NCBI GenBank assembly: GCA_002633005.1
Contig: NMRA01000287.1
Span: 194,457-258,456 of the forward strand
Direction: 5' to 3'
Source: Phoronis australis
Taxonomy: Eukaryota > Animalia > Phoronida
DNA: 64,000 bases
Shown here in pieces: positions 25,346 through 36,922 of this stretch; the first letter of the stretch is position 1, and each line of letters begins with the position of its first letter. The notes beneath the pieces were generated by a model. The model searched no databases. It had not been told where the DNA came from and worked only from the letters and a program-made list of their open reading frames with translations. The translations under genes were made by a program, and so were the position numbers.

Positions 25346-25490
25346 CTAGAGATGTCCGACAGACCAGATGGGTGAAGTCAAAGTAGAGACTGTCCAGGCC
25401 AAAGTATCTCTGGGTGAACTCTCTGCTCACTCGTGTGGCATCCAGATACTTCTGCACAATGTCGGGCGATATGGCAGAGTTCATGACGAG
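25346..25490 (-). CDS. P3H1: Prolyl 3-hydroxylase, exon 9
   Basis: LVMNSAISPDIVQKYLDATRVSREFTQRYFGLDSLYFDFTHLVCRTSL (LYF.Y/F.HLVCRT motif); TAG acceptor, GTAAGT donor; 145 nt; translated by hand. Confidence 0.95.
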
Positions 25491-26200
25491 CTAGGTGAAC
25501 GTAGAGCAAAATGACATTAAATCTTTTTGATAAAATCTTTATTGACACTCTTTTATCACTACAAGCTAGCGCATCAATGAACCAAATCATGGGAACATAC
25601 ATTACATTTGAATCGAAAACAGATGCATTCAAAGAACAGCATGTTAAACCTATATTCTTGTTGGAACCATCCTTCAGTGTACAAATGAAAGGTGACACTG
25701 AGTGGTTACACGATGTGTGTCCAAAAGTAAAAACAGTGTACAAGATGTCTTGAAAGACTTAACTAGCCTTTTCCATGTTTCCTGTGAATTTAGTGTTCTC
25801 CAGAAACTGGTAGGTGAGCACCATTATTACACATGAATTCATTGAACAATGCACTAGAATAACACAAGAGACAATGACATCACAACAGATCGGTTGTTAC
25901 CTGCAGTGAAGGTGCAAGCACAGGTGGCAACTCACAGGTGGCACTCACAGACAATGAATTTGTTAGATTCTAACCACCAAAACTGAGTTGGAATTTTGAC
26001 CACAGAATTATCTTGAACTGATGGACAACCTGTGCTCTTTGCAATAAATTTAAGTACAACAACATTAATCTGGTCTCCAGGGAATATTCAATGTCAGTAG
26101 ATTTTCACCAAATTTCAAACTTTTGATGACCATAATTCACTGTTTTTAAAAAAACAATTACAATAAAATTGGACAGTTTTCCATACAGTTCCATATTAAA

Positions 26201-26832
26201 TGTGACACGTGAGACAAACAGTAAACCAACTGACTACAGACTGTGACAAATGAGACACACAGTACACCAACTGACTACAGACTGTGACACGTGAGATACA
26301 CAGTACACCAACTGACTACAGACTGACACATGAGACACACTGTACACCAACTGACTACAGACCATGACAAATGAGACACACAGTACACCAACTGACTACA
26401 GACTGTGACACGTGAGACACACAGTACACCAACTGACTACANNNNNNNNNNNNNNNNNNNNNNNNNNNNNNNNNNNNNNNNNNNNNNNNNNNNNNNNNNN
26501 ACACAGTACACCAACTGACTACAGACCGTGACAAATGAGACACACAGTACACCAACTGACTACAGACTGTGACACATGAGACACACAGTACACCAACTGA
26601 TAACATACTGTGACACTTGAGACACACAGTACACCAACTGACTACAGACTGTGATACATAAGACACACAGTACACCAACTGACAACATACTATGACACTT
26701 GAGACACACAGTACACCAACTCAGACTGTGACACATGAGACACACAATACACCAACTGACTACACACTGTGACACATAAGACACACAGTACACCAACTCA
26801 GACTGTGACACGTGAGACACACAGTACACCAA
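26201..26832. repeat. About 41-bp minisatellite interrupted by an N gap
   Basis: Unit GACACACAGTACACCAACTGACTACAGACTGTGACAC(G/A)TGA. Confidence 0.92.
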
Positions 26833-27502
26833 GGAGCAGGAAGGTTAAAAAGAAGCAAGAAGCTTAATTTCTGATCAATATCATGGCTCAGAACACTCTT
26901 TTAGCCTTTAGTACTTTGATCCAAAGGAGCAATCCCTGTCATCAAATAAGCATAAAAACTACAAAAGCCAGTTATGAAAACCAATGCAGTGTTGCATTAC
27001 ATATGACAGCTTTTGATTACAATAGACCAGCGACCATGTTCAGGCATCAAAAAAAGAATCCTACCCAGACGTCTGACAATAAGTGCTTGTTACGGGAGTT
27101 TACTTGAAATCAAATGCAGCCAATCAGTATTGCAGCTACCTGCGTATTTCAAGAGGTACATTAATTAACAACGGTAAGGACCAGGTCATATTTTAGTTGA
27201 TAAATAAATATGAGTAACAAATATAAGTACCCTAGAGGTTACGTGAAGTCTTGCTCACAACCAAACCAGGTTTTCATAACAAATTTGGCACTAGTATGAG
27301 CGCAATGCAGCAATGAAGCATGCTGGGTGTAATTGTGCGCTGTGACAACAGTAGCCTGGAAATCAAGAGTCTCACAGCGGCAAGAATTAAATAGCCTTAA
27401 ACTACTTGATGCAGTAACAACAAGCGATTGTGTGTTTATAGTTTAATAAGCTGATAACAAATAAATGCATAGCCTACTTGTTCGTGCACCATGCTGACTC
27501 AC

Positions 27503-27604
27503 TTGCACCCCTCGCGCTATCGTCATCCCCTCAAACATTTCATGTTTGGTATGGGGAGAGCTGATCTTACCATGGCGATAACCATCACCTTTTTGAGCAG
27601 CTAC
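27503..27604 (-). CDS. P3H1: Prolyl 3-hydroxylase, exon 8
   Basis: VAAQKGDGYRHGKISSPHTKHEMFEGMTIARGVQ (GDGY...SPHT..E.F.G.T motif); TAG acceptor, GTGAGT donor; 102 nt; translated by hand. Confidence 0.95.
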
Positions 27605-29214
27605 CTAAGAGACAAACAGTGGACACGAGACAGTCAGAGGAAAGTGACAGAGGTTAGTGGCTCATATGCTACCTGGTCTGGAACTCCAGCACAGCTCAGC
27701 AACTTCTTTCTGAAAAGAGTCAGTAAACGGCCTGTGACCTAACCGACTCTGGCCAGACAAGATCGAACAGTCTGCTCAGCCCCAGTGTGGTCGTCACTTG
27801 GGTCAGAAATACACAGATATTAACAAATCACCGCCTCATGCTATGGTAATGTATTTATGATATTGTTGAGCAAACAATAAAGCATCTTTTCGTTGTAACA
27901 AAGCCAAATTGATGAAAATCGGGAAAACACTGCATTTGGAATATCAACAGATGTTTCCAAAATGAAATATTCAAGGGAGCATGCATTGAACTTGGCGTTT
28001 TAGCCAGCAGTGCAGTTTGCATCCAGTCTGCTAACAATTAGCAGACCAGCCTTTGTGACCTGTGCTGTAGACAGAGCCAGAGAGGTGTAAAGTGGGACAA
28101 TTGGTGACCTGCAATGTAGACAGAGCCAGAGAGGTATTAAGTTGGACATACACATTGGTGACCTGCACTGTACAGACAGAAGCAGCCTGGTTGGACATAC
28201 ACACTTGTCTAAACATACACTTTACTGATATTCAATACCAGCTTCCAACAAAGGGTCACAGGTATTTCAATAGACAAAATAAGTTTCATGATAGTGAAAA
28301 TTTTCACATCTATGAAAGCTTAGCCACATCCTTAAAAATAAATAAATGACATATTAAGAAAAAGGCAGATCAAGGATTTGCAAAACATGTGACTTGGGGT
28401 ATGAAAGCTGGTATTTCAAATTTTTTTTGAAGAATTATAGTCTGCAACTATGGTAACAGAAGTATTGAGCTACTTTCATAAGTTCACCAGCAGAAAGAAA
28501 TTTAATGAAATCAGAGAAATGCAAAATGTTTATAGAAACCAATGTTTGTACAAACAATGACAAACAGTTCCAATGGGAAATCTAAAAAGTATGACTAGAC
28601 AGTAGATTACTCATTGTGTCAAAAACACATTCTGAGTTAAGGATAACTGACATGTGAACGAAGACTCGCTCTACTCATCTGACTATGGCACATTTATATG
28701 TATTAAAGATGGCATGATAAAAAGTGAAACTAAAGAACAGACCATTTTGGCTATGAACAACTGTAGTGAAATACGAAATATATCTTGCAGAAATACAGCA
28801 AAGTGAAGATTTTCAAAAAAAAAAAACTTTTTCCATCTTGTAATTAGTTATACTAGTGACGATGAGAGGGTAAGTCATCAGTGAACATGTCTTCCCCTCA
28901 CTCCGCATGACACCAACCCCCNNNNNNNNNNNNNNNCCCCGCAGCACACCCTTCTCCCTCCAAGACACTCTCATTCAAAGCAGAGTTAAGAACAAGAAAA
29001 AGAAAACCAATCTTAAACTGAGGTTAAAAAACACGGAATGATGGTAATTCAGCACACAAAATTCAACTTTCAAACATCTGGGTGTAACCGCCCACTGAGG
29101 CACTGAGGGAAGAGGTTACACCTGGAACATGTTGGACATTTGAATACACATTTTACTCAGACACAACCACTATAATAATTTTATTTCTATATATTATCCC
29201 CTCAACAGTGCCAA

Positions 29215-29292
29215 CCTAGTTATAGTGCCACCATCACCCTAGTTATAGTGCCACCATCACCCTAGTTATAGTGCCACCATCACCTTAGTTAT
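29215..29292. repeat. 23-bp tandem repeat, about 3 copies
   Basis: Unit CCTAGTTATAGTGCCACCATCAC. Confidence 0.85.
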
Positions 29293-30824
29293 GTACAATA
29301 TGAAAACTAAGAGGAGAGTTAAATGCAGGTAAACTCCAAGAGAAAATGACGTCGAGTAAAAGAAATACCACAGTAACACAAGAGACACCATAGAAAACAG
29401 AGGAGATGAGACCTTGCCTAACTCATCATTCAGTCCACCTTTCTTCTGTTCCAGACCTATACATTCCCGTTCACTATTTGCGAGTCACCGTTTTCAATTA
29501 TTTCATTAGTTCATCAAACAGATCTCATGCAAGTAACTACAGGCAAGTCACCACATAAATTTTTTACTGCCTCTAATGACACTAAATACCTTTGAAATTG
29601 TCACAAAGCACTCATTGGATAAAAGCAAGTCCCCAATCAAAATTAAATTTCATAACTTATTTCTCATGATAAAATATGTCCAATGAGTAAAAGATTCCCT
29701 TTTTGAAGAACGTGGTTTGGTTGCAGGCACTGTACTTACTGTTTGGCCCCCACTTTCACCATATTGCCGACCCCACTTACACCATATTACCGACATTTTG
29801 TTTTTTTACCTGGTGTCACCATCATATTGCAATATGTGAAAAATCTTGAAACATAAACGGTTATTCATACCTTGCACAAGTTTTATAATTGATCAATCTA
29901 TTCAGTAATATTTCCAAAACAAATCAAGCCACGTGCAAACACTTACAAATGATCACACGAAGATTTGCTCATAGGTGTCACTGCAATTAGTCGTCACTTT
30001 TAGCAGTCCTGAGGGTGATGAATTAGACCAGGCAGGTTGTACGTGATGGTGAAATGTTATTAACAACACTGACAGAGCATTGTTACAACAAATTAGACAC
30101 TCTCCTTCCCCCGACACATACACACAGAGCTACTACGATACCTCTTGGGCCCCCATTATGGATAGGCCTACAAATTCCTCATGCTGGGTGTGAGGTGACC
30201 TTTGACCAGTGGTCACTGTGTAGCCATCATTCATTGAGCCTAGCTACAATGTACACAGCAGGCTGCTCACTCAATATCCAATATAGGTCAATAAGGTAGG
30301 TCAAACAACTGTCAATGTGAATTCTGTTGCCGAGTGAGCTGATATAATTTTGTTTTTAAAGAAGCATTTTGCTCTTCTTTACTACGTAAAATGAAAATCA
30401 CAAATCAGCATACTCAACGACGCAAAACGAGCCTCAAACCTATCCACTGCATGACACATAAGCAACGCAGAATGTCTGTATACGCCAGCAGAGAGCATCA
30501 CTGCATGACACAAGATCAACGCAGAATGTCTGTTTATGCCAACTGAGAACATCACAAATGACAAAGAAATAATAGGCACTCATCATGCACTGGGGGGGGG
30601 GCAACATTAGCGAACTTAAAATTGAGTGTTAGAGGTGCATGCATGTAACCCAATCTTTAGCAAATGCATCCTGGAGATATTGAGACTGGCACACAGTAAA
30701 CTAACCAGCAATGTAACATTACAAAAAATAAACTAGGCGACATTGTGTAATGTTACTCAAAGTGAATTAAGAGACAAATGAGACAAATCAAATAGTAAAT
30801 ATTAGACATCCAGTTGACAAATAT

Positions 30825-31191
30825 AGAAAAGAACTAAAACCTTAATACTGGACTTACATTTCAACTGAGCCACGTTGAAATAGAAGTACGATAAATGACA
30901 TTTTGTTTTTAGGTTTGAGGCTCATTCTGTGTTGTTGAGTATCCTGATTTGTGACTAACACTTTATGTAGTAAATAAGAGGAAATGTTCCTTTAAAAGCA
31001 AGATTTCTTTTGCAATTACATCTGCTCACACTGTCACTGTTATCGATAATGTTGACGCAGATTACAACATCAGCCAAACGCCACCATGGCATCATCAGCC
31101 GAACGCCGCCAATTTATAGCCTGTGCAATGAGGACACAATGTTGCTCAGTTGAAACGTAAGTCCAGTATTAAGTTTTAATTCTTTTCTCTA
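30825..31191. mobile_element. MITE with about 50-bp TIRs; an inverted partial copy lies at about 30335-30442
   Basis: TAGAAAAGAACTAAAACCTTAATACTGGACTTACATTTCAACTGAGC / GCTCAGTTGAAACGTAAGTCCAGTATTAAGTTTTAATTCTTTTCTCTA. Interior 30910-31028 is the reverse complement of 30335-30442. Confidence 0.7.
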
Positions 31192-31301
31192 AACTAAGAG
31201 ACACCATGTAACAATACACAAAAATAAACTAAGTGACATTGTGTAACCACGTCATAATCTCGCGTGTCCCCTTTGACCCCCATACTTTCTACATTACTTA
31301 C

Positions 31302-31502
31302 ATTGGCTAACTTGATGAGACTGTCGCATGTGTCCTGTGTTGCCACTCCGTCCGCCACGACTCTCTGAGGTCCGTTAAGATCAACCTCAGTGTACGTGAC
31401 TGTGATGCCCCTGGCTTTGTACTCTTCAATCACCGACGACACGTCTCGGTCATTGTCTGTAACTTGTGCTGGCTTGTACGGAAACAGCTCCGGAGAAGGA
31501 AT
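31302..31502 (-). CDS. P3H1: Prolyl 3-hydroxylase, exon 7
   Basis: IPSPELFPYKP...GITVTYTEVDLNGPQRVVADGVATQDTCDSLIKLAN (LNG.QRVV.DG motif); donor AAT|GTAAGT. The AAG acceptor makes the 5' boundary less certain; 201 nt. Confidence 0.9.
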
Positions 31503-31958
31503 CTTAACAAGGCAGTAAACCAAATAGTCAATCACTGAGTCTCGCACAAAACAAATTGCCCAAATCGTCCTTTCTATTTAGTTCTCTAAATGTTATTGTA
31601 CGACACAGCAATATTAGAAATCAACCCAGCTTTTACAGTATAGTTGTTGAACGACACATGGATATTACAAATCACCCTAGTCTTTACAGTATAATAATGA
31701 TCAACTTGGACAATACAATATTACACTTGTCCACAAGATTAAGTACTGATCATGGAGATGCGGCATGACAGTTGATATTAGCACGATATCACTATAAACA
31801 CAGGAATGTTAATCATCACGTGAACATGTGGCATACGGTGATATAGATACAATGACTGAGAATGATATCACTCCCAAAGCAACTGTAGTCACCACAGGCT
31901 CACGTGACATGTTTTGATATTGAAATGAGAGTCCTACCACTGGGCGTGTAATACTCAC

Positions 31959-32048
31959 CACATCTACAGGTGATGAAGAGAGAGACTGATCATGTACCTC
32001 TAGTAACTTGGTTATCTGCTGCCTGTGGTTGAAATACTTCACAATAGA
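31959..32048 (-). CDS. P3H1: Prolyl 3-hydroxylase, exon 6
   Basis: Acceptor TTTACAG; SIVKYFNHRQQITKLLEVHDQSLSSSPVDV; donor GTG|GTGAGT; 90 nt, phase 0-0, fitting both neighbouring exons. Confidence 0.85.
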
Positions 32049-32111
32049 CTGTAAACAATAACATCACACAACTATTAAAACTCCTTATCAAATCCACAAA
32101 TTCTCCCACCC

Positions 32112-32263
32112 TATGATCTCATCACTATTGAGATGTCTCATTATGATCTCATCACTATTGAGATGTCTCATTATGATCTCATCACTATTGAGATGTCTCA
32201 TTATGATCTCATCACTATTGAGATGTCTCATTATGATCTCATCACTATTGAGATGTCTCATTA
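32112..32263. repeat. 30-bp perfect minisatellite, 5 copies
   Basis: Unit TATGATCTCATCACTATTGAGATGTCTCAT. Confidence 0.95.
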
Positions 32264-33070
32264 GATCAGAGATATAATGGACAACAGTTTTAAACTGAAT
32301 TTCTGCAAATCTTTTCAAAGATTATCTTGCTTCAGGAATAATTACTTCCAATTAACAAAAGCAATAGCTATACAATATCAATAAGCTACAAGTGTGGAGA
32401 GCCAGAGGTCAAACAATTATTAACTGTTATTCCATGTCTATCTGATTCTCTTGCTCAATACTGTATAGAGTTCAGTAACACTAGAACCTACGCTACCACC
32501 TCGCTTAAAAGCAAGACTTCGCGAGATTACATGAGATATTGTCATGTCTGAGAATACGTCATTTTGACTAGATTTTTCTAGTCAAGAGACAACTTTTGTA
32601 CTCTACCCTGTTAGATTGGTAGATGACGATAACATCAAATTGTTCCAAACGTGCAACAACGCCATCTACAGTTTACACGTATTACTTCGGCGATGACTCT
32701 AAAGCAGACAAATTTGACAGCGCTGCCTTTTACAATACTTACCTGTCGCCATCCCATAAAATGACCATGTTGTATGCTTCAATGTTCCAAGATGCATAGG
32801 AAAAGTTCAATTTGACTAAAAGTCCGTAAAATTGTCTTTGTAAACTGTGAGTGACTACCAAATCTGTGGCTGACTACCAAAACTGTGGCTGACTACCAAA
32901 TCTTACTAATTAACACTAGAATCCTTTATGTTCCACGACCCCTAAACAACAGCGTACCTTTGGTGAATTAGCTCACAAGAGGGTGCTCCTATCAAGTCAT
33001 TAGACCCACGCTAGAATTTTAAAAGTACTAGCCAACGAAATGGCCAAAAACTAAAAATAAGTTTCGACAG

Positions 33071-33330
33071 CCTACTTCAGATGGTGTGAAGTTTTCAAAG
33101 ATGACATGACTTACCTCTGAAGGTGTGAAGTCTTCAATGATTACATGGCTTACCTCTGAAGGCGTGAAGTCTTCAAAGATTCCATAGCTTACCTCTGAAG
33201 GTGTGAAGTCTTCAATGATTACATGACTTACCTCTGAAGGTGTGAAGTCTTCAATGATTACATGGCTTACCTCAGAAGGTGTGTAGTCCTCAATGATTAC
33301 ATGGCTTACCTCTGAAGGTGTGAAGTCTTC
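33071..33330 (-). repeat. 39-bp tandem repeat spanning the P3H exon 5 donor junction (7 donors)
   Basis: Unit GAAGACTTCACACCTTCAGAG|GTAAG(C/T)CATGTAATCATT; translates in frame as EDFTPSEVSHVII. Confidence 0.95.
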
Positions 33331-33446
33331 TTCTTTAGCTCCAGCTTCTCTCACATAGAATGCTTGGTTTGACTTCATCACCGCATCATCAGGCCTTAGC
33401 AACATGTAATTGGCTACACATTGACAAGCTTTCTGGACATCCTTCA
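33310..33446 (-). CDS. P3H1: Prolyl 3-hydroxylase, exon 5 (shortest form)
   Basis: Acceptor TTTTCAG; (V)KDVQKACQCVANYMLLRPDDAVMKSNQAFYVREAGAKEEDFTPSE; 137 nt. The 3' end is ambiguous because of the donor array. Confidence 0.92.
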
Positions 33447-33808
33447 CTGAAAAAGACAATATTTGTCAAGAGCAAAGCAAACTCTATAAAGTGCGAATCA
33501 GATAACTGATGCATTACTAACAGTGAAGTGTTCATTACTGATAAAAAATGTCAAAAAATGAATGTGATGTACAACTTCTATTTGAAACATTAAAAAATTA
33601 CCACTGCCGAAATTACGGATTTCAAGCCATTATGATGACAGAAGTAACAGTATTCAGGAGGCATAAATATCAAGCACTCAAGAGCACAAATACAACAGCT
33701 GACAAAAGTCTTTTACTGTCCATACAGTTACCTTGAATTCAATACTGGTCAATGTAAAACAGAGTATAATTCCTTACTTTCGCAACATAAAGCTGATTAG
33801 CTTCTTAC

Positions 33809-33934
33809 CTTGATAGTATGCAAACTGAAGATAATGATGGAAGTCTGCCAACATGTTGTCAATAGTTTTGTCATGGTAACGCGATAACTTCACATCACAA
33901 TGGAGTTTACATTTCAAAACATCTGCATAAATAT
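33809..33934 (-). CDS. P3H1: Prolyl 3-hydroxylase, exon 4
   Basis: (D)IYADVLKCKLHCDVKLSRYHDKTIDNMLADFHHYLQFAYYQ (CxxxC and YLQFAYY leprecan/CRTAP motifs); 126 nt, phase 1-1; translated by hand. Confidence 0.95.
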
Positions 33935-34179
33935 CTGAAAAGGAACATAATTCTCAAGGTCTTCACCTGAGGCACGTTAGCGCAAATCCTTATCCATGTC
34001 AGGAATGGTACAATTTTATAGCAAACCATGTCTGTTTCATTCTAATCAAAAACACACAAAATAACAAGAACATACAGAAAGATTTGTGACTAAATGACCA
34101 TGAATTTCAAGCAGCCGTCCATACCATCCATAACAGGGCTGTAGGTATTGGAGCAATACAGATAAGCAAGGTGAAATTA

Positions 34180-34735
34180 TACCCAGGTAAGTGTATTACC
34201 AAATGCAGGTCAGTGCATTATTACACAAAGTCAGCGTATTATTAAAGGCATACTTGTCTATTACACACAGGCCAACATATTACCACACACAGGGCAGGGT
34301 ATTATTACAACCAGGCTGGAATTTTATAGCAAAAATGCCAAAACGTTATTACAAGCGAGTCTGAATTATTACAAGCAGGCCACTCTATTTTTAAAAACAG
34401 GTCAGTGTAATATTACACGCATGTCCGCCTATTATTACAACCAGGATGACATTAGCAGGTCAGCATATTACTACAAGCAGGTCAGCCTATTATTACATAT
34501 AGTAAGCTCATCATTACAAGGACGGGGTAATAGTACAAGCACGACAGTGTATTACTACAAGCACGATGGCGTCTTATTACACGCAGGTCAGAATATGACA
34601 AGCAGGATAGTGTCAGGTCAGAATGTTATAACATGCAGGTCAGCGTGTTTTCAAAAGCAGGTCAGCATGTTATGACCATCATGTGAGCATATTACAACCA
34701 GGCCAGCATATCATTACAGGGCAGCTTATTATTAG
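34180..34735. repeat. Degenerate about 22-bp minisatellite
   Basis: Recurring CAGGTCAGC.TATTA(T/C)TACAAG-like units. Confidence 0.7.
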
Positions 34736-34801
34736 AAGGAGGTAAGCAACACCACGCAGATGATGGCAGTAAATATATGCCAGTTCATAAATGGTTGTTA
34801 C

Positions 34802-34973
34802 CAGAAACTGCCCTAGAAGTATAAGCTTCACTGACGACCGAGTACTTCTCTTCACACACGTTTTCACATTTCTCCAGGTCCATCAAGAAGCTGTGAACGG
34901 CACGTGACATGTAGTCAATCACATGAAGCCACACCCCCTCATGGTACGCCTTCAAGCCATGGATATAGAGGCT
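34802..34973 (-). CDS. P3H1: Prolyl 3-hydroxylase, exon 3
   Basis: SLYIHGLKAYHEGVWLHVIDYMSRAVHSFLMDLEKCENVCEEKYSVVSEAYTSRAVS (TPR-like helices, CxxxCE); 172 nt, phase 0 to 1. Confidence 0.92.
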
Positions 34974-35007
34974 CTGGAATTGTACACACATACAGAATAC
35001 ATGTGGA

Positions 35008-36238
35008 AAACAAGAGCAACGTGGAGCGTTGAAATGCGCCCACGAATGTATCACAAATGGTGTGCTTTCAGGGTTATTTATTTGTATCATAAAAATGGCC
35101 ATTAGATGGCGCAAAACGTACAATCAAAGCAAAAACGGGAACATGCCATATTATTTCATAAAAATCTGCCAAGAAACTTCAGAGAAACAAAAGAAAACAG
35201 AACAAAATGAAATTGCCACTTGTGGGCACAGCGTCCGTTCCATCCGCCTGAAAGTTGCGTCTGTTATCTTCATATATGGGTTTTGGAAATACAGCTATGG
35301 GCACAAAACAAAACAAAACTATCAAACGTCCTCTTCACACTGAAAACATATATGCCAATTTTCAAAACCATTCCTAGAATGATTTGGTTGATCAAGGAGT
35401 GGACGCCAAAAACAAAATTTGAAAACAGCAAAAATGGCCACCAGGTGGTGCAAAATACCTTGATTCCATCCAAAAACAAGATGATAACATCATCTCACCA
35501 ACAGATGCCTATATTCAAGATTTTATGAATATCTGTTGAGGACCTTTGAAGATACAGACTGGTAAACGTAAAAAACTAAAATTGCCACTAGGGGGCACAC
35601 AACTAGTCAGATACATCCAAAAGTCATCGTCATCCATTGTCAACATCACATAAGTACACTTGCTAATTCAAGTAAAGATCGTGAAAACAGTTTAATAGAT
35701 ACAGCCATAAGCGCAAAAAAAACAAAACTGCCATTAGGAGGCACCACAGCAGTAGAACTCATAGGAAAATCGTCGTCAGCTATCTACTTCATAGTAAAAA
35801 CATATACACAAATTTTCGCAATTATCCTGAAAGCGGTTTGGTTGATACACGAGTGGACGCCAAAAAACAGACTCAAGAACAATAAAAATGGCCACTAGGT
35901 GGCGCGAACTAGGTCAAATCCATCTGAAAACGGGAGGATAGTGTCATTTCACTAATAGGTGCCTACAAAATTTATGAAAATCCGTTCGGGACTTTTGAAG
36001 ATACAGAGGTAAACATAAAAAACTAAAGTTGCCACCAGGGGGCACACCGGTAGTCGGATCCGTCCAAAAGTTCACTCATGCCGCCCATCCAAGAAAGGAA
36101 CACATTTGCAAAATTTTATGAACATACGTCAAGGTGTTTTGGAGATAGAGCAGCGGACGCCGGACAGACGGACACCGGACGGATGGATGGAGATGACGGC
36201 ATAATGCATCCATATATAAATATGTGGGTGCATAAAAA
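35008..36238 (+). mobile_element. Non-autonomous Helentron-associated (HINE/pearl-like) element with internal about 150-bp tandem repeats
   Basis: 5' AAACAAGAG start, subterminal inverted repeat ATGCGCCCAC / GTGGGTGCAT, central 140-160-bp repeats, GGAC/GGAT microsatellite, 3' stem-loop and ATAAAAA end. A related reverse fragment lies at about 19640-19700. Confidence 0.75.
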
Positions 36239-36691
36239 GTAGATCAGCCCCAAAATTTCAGTGTAAAGCACTCCTTACTATAGTTTTAGATATAAACAAG
36301 ATTTGGCATTTGGCTCTTAAACAAGTAAGAAAAGAATTTTTCTTATGAAGAATAAATTTGTTGCATAATATGAGAGGCTTCAGAAAACCCGTGACTAGCG
36401 CTCTAGTGGATTCTGAATTTCGAGTGAAATGGTAAAAAAATCCAAGTGCAAAATGTAACAATGGAAGCAAAAATTGGCCACAGGGGCCTAGCCAACATGC
36501 GATGTTTTTTGGCCACAGGGGCCTAGCCGACATGCGATGTTTTTTGGTTGCCAGTTTTTATGAGCCCAAATTCTGAAATTGGAGTAGCAAATAACTAGTC
36601 ACTTGTATTTTCAAGTGGATATTTTTGCTTGTGTGGAGGACTATGAATGATGTATAAACATGTCAATCTCGATATGGGTGGAAATTTGTTG

Positions 36692-36922
36692 CTAACATTT
36701 TGTCCCATAAGCACGCCATCTTTGGACATATCACATGGCCTAATGACTATAAGTCTGAAAATTTCTGCCCCCCTGACCGGGACTTGAGCCCAGGACCTTC
36801 TGCTAATCGTGCAGATACTCTAGCCACTGAGACATCAGGACCACCTGGGTTCAAGTCAGACATATATTCAATAGGTTACATGATGTGTCCGAAGATTGTG
36901 TGCTGCCGGGACAAAATGTTTG
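36692..36922 (-). mobile_element. Small element with a tRNA-like core (about 36766-36842) enclosed by inverted repeats
   Basis: Minus-strand GGTCCTGATGTCTCAGTGGCTAGAG...GGGCTCAAGTCCCGG has degenerate A and B boxes. Flanking arms are AACATTTTGTCCCATAAGCACGCCATCTTTGGACATATCA / TGATGTGTCCGAAGATTGTGTGCTGCCGGGACAAAATGTT. Confidence 0.65.

Noticed and set aside
25378-25753. 121-aa and 80-aa ORFs
   Set aside because: The minus-strand ORF overlaps P3H exon 9 in the wrong frame; the plus-strand ORF is antisense intronic sequence with no recognisable motif.
36766-36842. Functional tRNA gene
   Set aside because: The acceptor stem is imperfect, the T-loop is mutated (GGCTCAA) and the anticodon loop lacks U33. 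Treated as a repeat-borne tRNA-like sequence.
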